Shown one piece after another: positions 20,753 to 30,534 of a stretch of 64,000 nt of DNA. The stretch's first letter is position 1; each line of letters opens with the position of its first letter. The notes beneath the pieces were generated by a model that was given only the letters and a program-made list of their open reading frames with translations, was not told the DNA's origin and searched no databases. The position numbers and the translations under genes are program-made. This stretch comes from Candidatus Latescibacterota bacterium (lineage in GTDB: Bacteria; Latescibacterota; CBDEFO01). The stretch is taken from NCBI GenBank assembly GCA_965237525.1, contig CBDEFO010000006.1:160001-224000 (forward strand). The letters are read 5' to 3'.

Positions 20753-21670
20753 TCACTCGGGGTCAGGAGACGTTTCCAGCTCTTCAAGGGCCTGATGTAA
20801 GTCAGGCGGAAGTGCGCCAGCCTGGGCTGCGACGACGCTCTCTTCAATCTCGGCAGGCGTCGCTGCGCCGACCAGAATCGTTGTAATAGCTGGGTCGGCT
20901 ATCAAGTAGCGGATCGCCAGTGCGACCAGAGATAGGCCGGAGGCTTTCTGCAGGTCATTCAAGCGGGCATCGGGACTTTCCCCCTTATCAGCTCCGATGG
21001 AGTCAATCACCCCCGCTGCGATGAAGGCTACTCCCTTCTTGCGAGCCAGCGGCAACGCCGTCCGACGCGCTTGCCGCGACAGAACCGAGTAGTTATAGGC
21101 GACCAGACACGCATCCACCTCCACGTGGCGCAGCACACGGGCAATTCGGTCTGCACTGTTTCCCGTGATTCCGATAAATCTACATAGACCTTGCGCTTTT
21201 GCTTCTCTTAGAACCTGCATTATGGGCGCGTTGGCAAAATCGTAATCGTACTCAGGTTGAATGTGCGCGCTGTTCGCAGCATCATCGGACCACCAGCGGT
21301 GAAGAATCGCTTCGTGCACCTGCAGCGTGTCCACGCTGTCACGGCGCAGTAAACGCAGATTCTCATCAAGCTGTGTGCGCAGGGCGTCAGGCGAACGGTA
21401 ACGGGTCGGGCTGGCTAGGAATCCGAGCTTGGTTGCCAGAAGATACTCTTCCGATCGTTCCTGCAGGGCCACACCATAGATTCCCTGCGATAGTCCACTG
21501 CCGTAGAGAGGAGAGGTATCGAAATAGCTGACGCCCAGCTCCAACGCCCGGCGCACTGTGGCCACGCCGTCGGCAAAGGAGTGCTTATCGAGAGAGCCGC
21601 CACCCAGACCCAGGACAGTCACATGCTCCTCTGTCCTGCCGTAAGGGCGTCTTTCAATTGCTGTTGTCAT
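20753..21670 (-). CDS. Aldo/keto reductase, tandem near-identical paralog of 19791-20708
   Basis: Same length (305 aa) and same motifs. Confidence 0.92.
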   Translation of the reverse strand: MTTAIERRPYGRTEEHVTVLGLGGGSLDKHSFADGVATVRRALELGVSYFDTSPLYGSGLSQGIYGVALQERSEEYLLATKLGFLASPTRYRSPDALRTQLDENLRLLRRDSVDTLQVHEAILHRWWSDDAANSAHIQPEYDYDFANAPIMQVLREAKAQGLCRFIGITGNSADRIARVLRHVEVDACLVAYNYSVLSRQARRTALPLARKKGVAFIAAGVIDSIGADKGESPDARLNDLQKASGLSLVALAIRYLIADPAITTILVGAATPAEIEESVVAAQAGALPPDLHQALEELETSPDPE

Positions 21671-21708
21671 AGTTCCTCCCTATCACGATCTGTTGCTTAT
21701 GAATCCAT

Positions 21709-23025
21709 CTATTCACGTACCCGCAGCGGTATTCTGATATCCTGCCGCCTGAACAAACAGGTGCCGTCCACATCTTCACACACATAGTAGAGGGCGTACG
21801 CCGGCAGAGCCACCTCTCCTGGCTCTGTTTCTGACGCACACCTCAGTTCAAAATCCAGCCGGCGCGTCTCAAGACTTACAGACTCAGATGGATTCTTTAC
21901 GGTATGAAGCTTCTGTTCCAGCTCCCAGCCAGGCAAGGGATCTACCCATAGTTTCAGACCTTCGACTTCATTATTCCAGTGAGCTTTTACAGCCTGATTC
22001 GGACGGAATATCACATGTATCCGTGCACTGCCGCCCGGTGGGATGACCGCCGGCACAGAGACCACTTCCACCTGAATAAGGCCCTCCTCATCCAGCCGTA
22101 TCCGGCCATCTGGATCGGGGTTTTGCACCGATGATTCACCGATCTCCAGATCTACTAATGGCGCTGCATATTCGGCGCCGGCAGGTTCAACCGTCAGTTC
22201 CACCGGGACCTCACCCCGTGCCGTGATTTCTTCTCGCGCCTGCTCTGTCCAGTCGTAGAACGGATAAGGCTTGTCCAGACGCGGGCCATACTGCTGAATG
22301 CGCCGTCTCCAGATATACTGGTTAGGGTCCAGCTCCAGGGCTCGGCTCCACTCTATCACAGCCTCCTGAAAATCGTTTGCCTTTCGGTATTCACTTTCAT
22401 AGCGCCGCCGCAGGCAAACCCCCAGGCGGAAATGCCAGCGCCCATCGCCTCCTTCCAGGTCCAGAGCCTGCCGAAAGGCCTCCACCGCCTCATTAATGCG
22501 CTCAATACCTCCCCATAGATAAAGGGCTGCACCGTACTCCCCCCAAGTCTCAGCTCCACCTGCAGCAGTCTGGCCCTTCAGGACGTTCAGGTCCGGTCTT
22601 TCTGCTACCAGAGGATCCTGAAGTTGCTCAGGCGGCGCAAAATCCCTGTGGATGAATTCCGCCTCAAATTTTTCCTGCGCAATCTCATGCCCTATTCCGT
22701 ACTCATCGATGGCCGTAACCGTGGGAACAGCCGTAAGTTCCAGCAGGTTCAACGGATCGATCATAATCGGCCAGTTCATCTCTTGCCACTGCAAAAAGAG
22801 GCGGCATCTCTCCGGATGCTGTTCCTGGATGCGCCCCACTACGACGAGCTGCCTGTTCTCTACCAGTTGCTTCACCTGTCGATACCAGCCTAGTATGTGC
22901 CTGCGGCAGCCCGCTCACCAGGACGCAAAATCCATCAGCAGAATCCTGCTGCCCCGGTACTGTCCCAGCGACATCGGCTCCCCATCCATCGAGGGAAGCG
23001 TCCGATCTCTATAGCTGGTCTCCAT
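21709..23025 (-). CDS. Probable selenoprotein: TlpA-like redoxin (W-U-A-G-C) + TPR + DsbD-N-like domain, 438 aa
   Basis: AAGGAG RBS and ATG at 23025. Reads ...RILLMDFASW-TGA(22915-22917)-AGCRRH... in frame into the 388-aa ORF. The TGA sits at the first Cys position of CxxC, with a hairpin at 22882-22896. Confidence 0.75.
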
Positions 23026-23158
23026 ATCTGCAGCTCCTTGAGTGGACAAAAGAATAGAGCAAACTGCAACAAATAGGTACAATTTCATCTTGTAAATGTA
23101 GTCGTATCGAGTCCCTAGATCCTGCCGACAGACAGGCCGCTTCTATCACCAGCGAATC

Positions 23159-24037
23159 CTAAAGCTCCGGCTCTTCCCCGATCTCAGCCAGGCGCTCTTT
23201 GGCCTGCTCATAGACATCGGTCGGAAGCGCCCCGGCCTTGGCTGCCGCCACGTTAGCCTGGAGGTGATCCAGATCGGCGGTGCCCACGATTGTAGTGTGG
23301 CAGGACGGATGGGAAAGCGTGAAGCGCAGCACAAACTCGTAGCGATTCATATCGCCCATCAGGTCGTTGAGCTTGGCCCGATCCCACTTTGTCCAGCGGT
23401 CACCGCTCTCGCGATGTCCCTTTGCGATGCCCCCGCGGATGATGATGCTAGCCCCCAGATCGGCCGCCTCCTGGATCATTTGCTCGTGCCTGCGCTCCAG
23501 GGCAGAATACGGAATCTGAAATGTGTCGAATACGCCCATCCGTGCAAAGGCCAGAAGATCCGGGGCCGTGGAAGATACACCGATGAACCGGGTCTTCCCT
23601 GACTCTCGAATCTCTTGAAGGGCCTGGACGAGTCCGCCCTGCTCTACCTGCTCCACAGAGGGGTTGTGCATCTGCAGCACGTCCACATGGTCGGTCTTCA
23701 TCCGCTCCAGGCTCTGGTCAATGTTCCTCTGCAGCCGATCTGCCGTCCACAGGTGGCCAGGATCTTGCCGGGCCCCGTCGGGGCCGATGTTGCACCCACA
23801 TTTTGTGGCCAGATAGAATTCGCCGCGACGATGGCTGATATATGCGCCGATGCGCTCCTCGCTCAAGCCGTAATCGGGTGAGGTGTCGATGAAGTTGATG
23901 CCCGAGTCAAGCACTGCATTTATGATGCTCCCGGGATCTTCAGTATGCGAAATCGCCATCGCGCCGTAGCCTAACTGGGTCACTTCTAACCCTGTGCGCC
24001 CAAGGGTCTCTTTCGGTAGCTCCATCTGCATGATCAA
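23159..24037 (-). CDS. Aldo/keto reductase
   Basis: LGRTGLEVTQLGYG, FIDTSPDYG, LATKCGC, LQMH. Confidence 0.92.
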   Translation of the reverse strand: MIMQMELPKETLGRTGLEVTQLGYGAMAISHTEDPGSIINAVLDSGINFIDTSPDYGLSEERIGAYISHRRGEFYLATKCGCNIGPDGARQDPGHLWTADRLQRNIDQSLERMKTDHVDVLQMHNPSVEQVEQGGLVQALQEIRESGKTRFIGVSSTAPDLLAFARMGVFDTFQIPYSALERRHEQMIQEAADLGASIIIRGGIAKGHRESGDRWTKWDRAKLNDLMGDMNRYEFVLRFTLSHPSCHTTIVGTADLDHLQANVAAAKAGALPTDVYEQAKERLAEIGEEPEL

Positions 24038-24239
24038 CCTCCAGTTCCAAGTCTATGTTTGTGTTTGCGGCCTACTAGCGGATTTGTCGGTGGTAGGCCA
24101 ACTTCTGCTTGTTAGAACGATCTGGCTACTTCAGTCGTGGATGCTTCCTATCAGCTCTTAAGTATCGAGCAAGAATAGTCTAGACAAGATTATACAGATC
24201 TAAAATAGTAGACAGTATGGAGGAAGAGGCAAGCTCACA

Positions 24240-24343
24240 AAGATTGCTTCGGCATCGTCGCCAGTCGTGTGGATTCTCAGAATGCCATAGACCAATCTAC
24301 TTGCTATCAATCCTGTCTCTTGTCCTATCTCGTGTGATTTCAT
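24240..24343 (-). pseudogene. Aldo/keto reductase N-terminal fragment
   Basis: GGAGG RBS, then MKSHEIGQETGLIASRLVYGILRI, truncated at the CGAAGCAATCT junction. Confidence 0.55.
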
Positions 24344-24531
24344 AATTACCTCCTGTGCTGATGTGTGTGATAATCAGAATCATCTTCTCTGAGAGGCAAC
24401 GAGGTCATAATCATGCGGCCTCCACTTTCCTACTTGAAACCGTTGATCCGCATATACTCGGACTCTTGGTCTGGATTCCGGTCCACCTTAGAGCAGGTCG
24501 GCGACTCACTTCGGGGGTATAGAACTACGTC

Positions 24532-25716
24532 CTATTCCGGGGACTCAAACTTCAGCCGCAGAATCTTGTCATTCTTTGAATTGCTGGTCAAAACGTAGAG
24601 ATGGCCGTCCGGTCCAACGGTCACGTCACGCAGGCGTCCGTAGATTCCATTGCGCAGGTCGCGAGCAAACCAACGTTCGATATTCGTTACCTTATAGTCT
24701 TCGTTATCGTCTTCGAATTGGACACGGATCAGGGCATGACTTCCTAGCGTGGCAACAAAGAGATCTCCGCGGTAAAAGGTCATGCCGGTGGGAGGGACAG
24801 CGGCTTTTTCCCACATCACGATGGGATCCCGGTATTCAGCGATCCGAGGCGCGCCGACGACATTGGGCCAGCCGTAGTTGGCTCCTTTCTCAACGATGTT
24901 GATCTCGTCGCGCTATAGGACGCCCGGCCATTCACCAGACGGTCCGTGTTCTGAGTTAAACATTACACCGGTCTCGGGGTCCCAGGCCAGGCCTTGCACA
25001 ACACGGTGCCCATACGAAAAGATCGGAGAGCCGGGGAAGGGGTTATCTTTCGGAATCTGCCCATCCGGCGTGATGCGAAGAATCTTTCCTGCCCATGTGT
25101 TGAGATCCTGGGAGAGCGGCTGGTTCCAGAGATCGCCAGTCCCGATATAGAGCATCCCATCCGGACCGAATCCGATCCTGCCGCCAATATGAACTCTGTG
25201 ACCGGGTATGTTGTCTAGAATGACGCTGTCAACAACACCGGTATCACCGTGATGGCGCAAACGAATGATACGATTGAATAGCTGTTCATCCTTTTGATAG
25301 CTGTGTATGGCGTAGACAAAGGGGTGCTGTGCAAATTGGGGATGCAGGGCCAATCCCATGAGTCCCCCATCTCCGACAGGGGCCACCTCATCAGGTTTGA
25401 CGTAAAGCTGCGGCTGGTTCTGGCCATGGGGGACACGTTGTATTCGGCCGGGCCTTTCGGAGAACAGGGCATCGCCATTCGGCAGGAAAACCAGAGACCA
25501 CGGAAGCTCCAGACTGTCCACCCAGGTCTCGACCCTGACTCCTTCCACTTGTGGAAGGAAAACGTCGACCACGGTCTGCGGCACTTCCCCGCGGATGGGT
25601 TCACCGTTAACGCTTCTGGGAAGGGAAAGCGCAACTATGATCGCCAAAACGTGCTGGAGCAAGTATGGGCTGTGGAAGGATGTCTTTCGCATTTCGAAGC
25701 TCCTTGATTTAGTCAT
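24532..25716 (-). pseudogene. PQQ-dependent sugar dehydrogenase, copy 2, with an in-frame TAG at 24913-24915
   Basis: Both ORF halves are in the same frame: GVL*RDEI versus GVLHRDEI and GVYERDEI in the paralogs. Confidence 0.85.
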
Positions 25717-25796
25717 AGTTTGACCTCCTCTATCATGAGACGTTATGAGAAATTCTCTACAGCTTCAAAAGTACGCTTTTTCCCCACTTCAACAGA

Positions 25797-25887
25797 GCGA
25801 ACTTGACGGACATCCACAGATCCGTAATCGCCATTGGGCAGGTCCCTAGGGAATTCCCAGCTCTTCAACAGCGTGATGCAGGTCGGC
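25797..25887 (-). repeat. Duplicated AKR 3' end (ADLHHAVEELGIP*) plus downstream spacer
   Basis: Matches 27187-27276 and 17676-17764. Confidence 0.85.
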
Positions 25888-25916
25888 GACTCACTTCGGG
25901 CGTTTACAACTACGTC

Positions 25917-27080
25917 CTATTCTGAGGTGTCAAACTTCAGGCGCAGAATCTTGTCAGTGGTCAAAACGTAGAGATGGTCATCCGCTCCAACGGTCACGTC
26001 ACGCAGGCGTCCGTAGATTCCATTGTTCAGGTCGCGAGCAAACCAACGTTCGATATTCGTCACTTTATAGTCTTCGTTATCGTCCTCAAACTGGATACGA
26101 ATCAGTGCTTGACTTCGCAACGTGGCAACGAAGAGGTCCCCGCGGTAAAAGGTCATGCCCGCGGGAGGCACGGACGCACCGCGCCACATGATGATCGGAT
26201 CTCGGTATTCAGGGATGCGAGGCGCGCCGACGACAGTGGGCCAGCCGTAGTTGGCTGCTTTCTCGATGATGTTGATCTCGTCGCGCTCATAGACGCCTGG
26301 CAAGTCACCAGACGGTCCGTGTTCTGAGCTAAACAAGACGCCGGTTTCAGGGTCCCAGGCCAAGCCCTGGACATTACGGTGCCCATAGGAAAAGATAGGG
26401 GAGCCGGGGAAGGGGTTATCCTTCGGAATCTGACCGTCTGGCGTGATGCGAAGAATCTTTCCTGCCCATGTGTTGAGATCCTGGGCAGGCGTCTGCTTCC
26501 AGAGTTCGCCTGTGGCGATGTAAAGCATCCCATCCGGACCGAATCCGATCCTGCCTCCGATATGCTCCCCGATATGCTGCCCCTTGCCAGCAGGTATGTT
26601 GTCCAAAATGACGCGATCAATAACACCGGTATGATGGTGGTGGCGCAAGCAAATGACACGATTGAATAGCTGTTCATCCTTTTGATAGGTGTGCATGGCG
26701 TAGACAAAGGGGTGCCGTGTAAATTGGGGATGCAGGGCCAATCCCATGAGTCCCCCATCTCCGACGCGGACAACTTCATCGATTTTGATGTAGAGTTGCG
26801 GCTGGTTCTGGCCACGTGGAATATGCTGAATTCGACCGCGTGGTTCTGAAACAAGGGCATCACCGTTTGGCAGGAAAACAAGTGACCAGGGAGTATGCAG
26901 ACTGTCCACCCAGGTTTCGACGCTGACCCCTTCCACTTCTGGAAGGAAAACATCGGCCACGGTCTGCGGCACTTCCCCATGGATGGGGTCGGCGGAAACG
27001 CTGCTGGAAAGGGAAAGCACGACTATGATCACCAAAACGTGCTGGAGCAAGTGTGGACTGTGGAAGGATCTCTTTCGCAT
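25917..27080 (-). CDS. PQQ-dependent sugar dehydrogenase, copy 3
   Basis: Signal peptide, YGHRNVQGLAW, EHGP, NYGWP, GRLRDV. Confidence 0.9.
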   Translation of the reverse strand: MRKRSFHSPHLLQHVLVIIVVLSLSSSVSADPIHGEVPQTVADVFLPEVEGVSVETWVDSLHTPWSLVFLPNGDALVSEPRGRIQHIPRGQNQPQLYIKIDEVVRVGDGGLMGLALHPQFTRHPFVYAMHTYQKDEQLFNRVICLRHHHHTGVIDRVILDNIPAGKGQHIGEHIGGRIGFGPDGMLYIATGELWKQTPAQDLNTWAGKILRITPDGQIPKDNPFPGSPIFSYGHRNVQGLAWDPETGVLFSSEHGPSGDLPGVYERDEINIIEKAANYGWPTVVGAPRIPEYRDPIIMWRGASVPPAGMTFYRGDLFVATLRSQALIRIQFEDDNEDYKVTNIERWFARDLNNGIYGRLRDVTVGADDHLYVLTTDKILRLKFDTSE

Positions 27081-27234
27081 TTCGAAGCTCCTTGATTCAG
27101 TCGTAGTTTGACCCCCTTTATCATGAGACGTTATGACAACTTCTCTACAGCTTCAAAAGTACGCTTTTTCCCCACTTCAACAGACGCGAACTTGGCGGAC
27201 ATCCACAGTTCCGTGACCGCCATTGGGCAGGTCC

Positions 27235-28182
27235 CTAGGGAATTCCCAACTCTTCAAGGGCCTGATGCAGGTCGGCAGGTAGAGGGGCAGCCTGCGCTGC
27301 GGTCACGCTCTCTTCGATCTCGGCAGGCGTCGCAGCGCCTATCAGAATCGTCGTGACCGCTGGGTCCGCCATTAGAAACCGCACGGCCATGTTCACAAGC
27401 GAAAGACCGCAATCCTTCTGCAGCGCATAGAGCCGCTCAAAACGGTTCAGAACCTCGGGCGTCCAGGAGTCCGGGGGAGAACTCAGCCACTCGGGATGAA
27501 CCTCCGTCAGTTGACCATTGTGAAAGGCACCGCCCAGGATCAATGTCACCCCCTTCTCAACTGCGACCGGCAAAGCCTGGCGGCGGGTCCCCCGCCTTAT
27601 CAGATCGTAGTTGAAGGCGGGCAGACAGGTGTCAACCTCCACGTGTCGCAGGACATGAGCAACGGAGTCCACACTGTTTCCGGTGATCCCGATAAATCTA
27701 CATAGGCCTTCCGCTTTTGCCTCTCTCAGAACCTGCATGACCGGGGCGTTGTCAAAATCGAAATCATCCTCAGGTTGAACGCGTCCGGTTGCCCCTTCGG
27801 ACCACCAGCAGGGATAATCGGCCTCATGCACTTGCAGCGTGTCCACGCTGTCACGGCGCAGGACACGGAGGTTTTCCTCAAGTTGCGTTCGCAGAGCCTC
27901 AAGCGACCGGTAACGAGCAATGGTTTTAAAACCCCGTAATTTTGTCGCCAAAATATACTCTTCCGAACGTCCCTGCAGGGCCTCCCCGTAGATTGCCTGC
28001 GATACTCCATAGCCATAGCCAGGTGAGGTGTCGAAATAGGTAACGCCGAGTTCCAGCGCCCGCCGTACTGTAGCTACACCATCGGCATAGGAGCGCTCGT
28101 TGAGAGGTGAGCCACCCAGGCCTACGACTGTAACACGCTCACCTGTCTTGCCGTAAGGACGTGTTTCAATTGTTGTTGCCAT
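27235..28182 (-). CDS. Aldo/keto reductase
   Basis: YFDTSPGYG, LATKL, LQVHE, FNYDLIRR. Confidence 0.92.
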   Translation of the reverse strand: MATTIETRPYGKTGERVTVVGLGGSPLNERSYADGVATVRRALELGVTYFDTSPGYGYGVSQAIYGEALQGRSEEYILATKLRGFKTIARYRSLEALRTQLEENLRVLRRDSVDTLQVHEADYPCWWSEGATGRVQPEDDFDFDNAPVMQVLREAKAEGLCRFIGITGNSVDSVAHVLRHVEVDTCLPAFNYDLIRRGTRRQALPVAVEKGVTLILGGAFHNGQLTEVHPEWLSSPPDSWTPEVLNRFERLYALQKDCGLSLVNMAVRFLMADPAVTTILIGAATPAEIEESVTAAQAAPLPADLHQALEELGIP

Positions 28183-28284
28183 GATTAATTTCTCCTATTC
28201 TCCTGCCACCTCATGCGCAACACTGGATTGATCCCCGATAGACTCAATGGGGATTCAATCCCCGAAAAGTTAATCCAATGAGCA

Positions 28285-29157
28285 TTAGTCCTCCGGCTCT
28301 TCCCCGATCTCAGCCAAGCGCTCTTTGGCCTGCTCATAGACATCGGTCGGAAGCGCCCCGGCCTTGGCTGCCGCCACGTTAGCCTGAAGGTGATCCAGAT
28401 CGGCGGTGCCCACGATGGTAGTGTGGCAGGACGGATGGGAAAGCGTGAAGCGCAGCACAAACTCGTAGCGGTTCATATCGCCCAGCAGAGCGTTGAGCCC
28501 GGCCCGATCCCACTTTGCCCGGGTGTTAGGCCCCCCGGTATGCCCCCTAGCGATGCCGCCGCGGATGATGATGCCAGCCCCCAGATCGGCCGCCTCTTGG
28601 ATCATCCGCTCGTGCCTGCGCTCCAGGGCAGAATACGGTATCTGAAAGGTGTCAAAGACGCCCATCCGTGCAAAGGCCAGAAGATCCGCGGCCATGGAAG
28701 ATACGCCGATGAACCGGGTCTTTCCCGCCTCTCGAATCTCTTGAAGGACTTGGACGAGTCCACCCTGCTCAACCTCCTCCACGGAGGGATTGTGCATCTG
28801 TAGCACGTCCACGTGGTCAGTCTTCATCCGCTCTAAACTTTGGTCAATGTTCCTGCGCAGCCGATCTGCCGTCCACACGTGGATAGGATCTAGCCGTTCC
28901 CCATCGGGGCCAATGTTGCAGCCACATTTAGTGGCCAGATAGAACTCGTCGCGACGATGGCTGATATAGGCGCCGATTCGCTCCTCACTCAAGTCGTAAC
29001 AGACGGCAGTGTCGATGAAGTTGATGCCCGAGTCGAGCACTGCATTTATCATGCTCCCGGGATCTCCAGTACGCACAAGCTCCATCGCGCCGAAGCCTAA
29101 CTGCGTCACTTCTAACCCTGTGCGCCCAAGGGTCTCTTTCGGTAGCTCCATCTGCAT
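28285..29157 (-). CDS. Aldo/keto reductase, close paralog of 23159-24037
   Basis: Near-identical backbone plus a shared upstream region of about 220 bp. Confidence 0.92.
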   Translation of the reverse strand: MQMELPKETLGRTGLEVTQLGFGAMELVRTGDPGSMINAVLDSGINFIDTAVCYDLSEERIGAYISHRRDEFYLATKCGCNIGPDGERLDPIHVWTADRLRRNIDQSLERMKTDHVDVLQMHNPSVEEVEQGGLVQVLQEIREAGKTRFIGVSSMAADLLAFARMGVFDTFQIPYSALERRHERMIQEAADLGAGIIIRGGIARGHTGGPNTRAKWDRAGLNALLGDMNRYEFVLRFTLSHPSCHTTIVGTADLDHLQANVAAAKAGALPTDVYEQAKERLAEIGEEPED

Positions 29158-29489
29158 GATCGACCTCCACTTCCAGGTTTATGTTTGTGCTTGCGGCCTG
29201 CCGGCGGACTCATCGGCTGTAGGGCCAACGTCTGTTTGTGAGAAAGGTCCCGTTACTATCAGCCGCGGATGCTTCCCATAAGCGCTTAACTATCGGGTCA
29301 AAATAGTGTGGACAAGATTAAAGAGAACCAAGATACTAGACAGCATAGAGGGAGAGGCAAGCTAACGGAGATTGCTTCGCTTTGCGTTAAATGACGTTGC
29401 AGGGACTTTTGTCATTATGAGGGGCAAAACCCTGAAGTAACTTGACCTTTCTACGAACTTAATATATCCCAGAAGCTTTGTCAAGCTAC

Positions 29490-30469
29490 TTAGCTGGATA
29501 CCAGGCCATGCTCCTCAAAAATCTCCAGCGCCTTCTGGAATATCTTTTGATCGGGGTAATTTCCATCGGCAGCATCCAGGACTTCGTCGACCTGCTCAGG
29601 CGTATTCAGGCCTACTATTACACTGCTTACGATGGGATGGATCAGGGCAAATTTGATCGCAAACTCGGTCCACGATTCTATTTCCCCGGCAATAGCAGCC
29701 TTTAAAATCTCCAACCTTTCATAGGCAGAATCCCAATTATCTGCCAACATACGATCACCTTTCGGCAATTGGCTGCGGCAGGCCCGCCTGTCCGTGAGCA
29801 AACCGCCCATAAAGGGACGAATGCAGAAGAATCCCTGGCCCTTCACCTGCATCTTGAGAAAAATTCGGCCATCTCCATTTCGATCGGGTTGTAGTAAGCC
29901 ACTATTCCGCTGAAAGCGTCGGTTTTCAAAGCCGCAGATGCAAATCCAGGGGTATAAGGAAAGGTCGTCAGGTAACCGACCTTACCTTCCTCTTTTAATT
30001 TCTGGAATATCTCCAGCATAGGCTCATAAACTGCCTCAATATTCGGAACACTGAGTTCATCCGTGTTGGGATTGGATCTTTGCAAGTGCTGCACTACCGC
30101 GATACGATCCGCGTGAAGATCCCGCAGGGCTTCTTCGACACGCAATCTGAACTTGTCGGAATGAAATTTTCCGCCGTCTTCGAAATCAGGCACCGGCACT
30201 TTGATGATATGATGAAGCTCTTTCCGCTTCGGATGATCCTTCAGAACCTGTCCGACGGCCCAACGAGTTCCGTACTCGTAGCTCGAGTGGATGAAATTAA
30301 CGCCCCGCTCGATGGCTCTTGCCAGAGCCCGTTGTCCGGTATTTGACCTGTCCTCATGACCCGGCTCCGTGGCCGCAAACCGCATCGGGCCAAAACAGAT
30401 TTCCGATACCTCTAAATCGGTCTTTCCAAATTTCCGATATGGCATCTTTCCCTCCTTAAGAGGTGACAT
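29490..30469 (-). pseudogene. Aldo/keto reductase with a -1 frameshift near 29858
   Basis: YRKFGKTDLEVSEICFG N-terminal half and IRPFMGGLLT...SSVIVGLNTPEQV C-terminal half lie in adjacent frames. Confidence 0.82.
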
Positions 30470-30534
30470 CTGCAGTCTAAGTTGTTTCTGATCCTTTGAG
30501 GAGAGGGATACATAAGCTCTCTAACAGCGTGAGG

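Noticed and set aside
19791..21670. Diversity-generating retroelement acting on AKR paralogs
   Set aside because: No reverse transcriptase in the window, and the differences did not appear limited to adenines.
17578..29400. Integron cassette array as the explanation for the AKR/PQQ repeats
   Set aside because: No integron integrase and no convincing attC sites (RYYYAAC...GTTRRRY). The repeats are duplicated gene ends and promoters.
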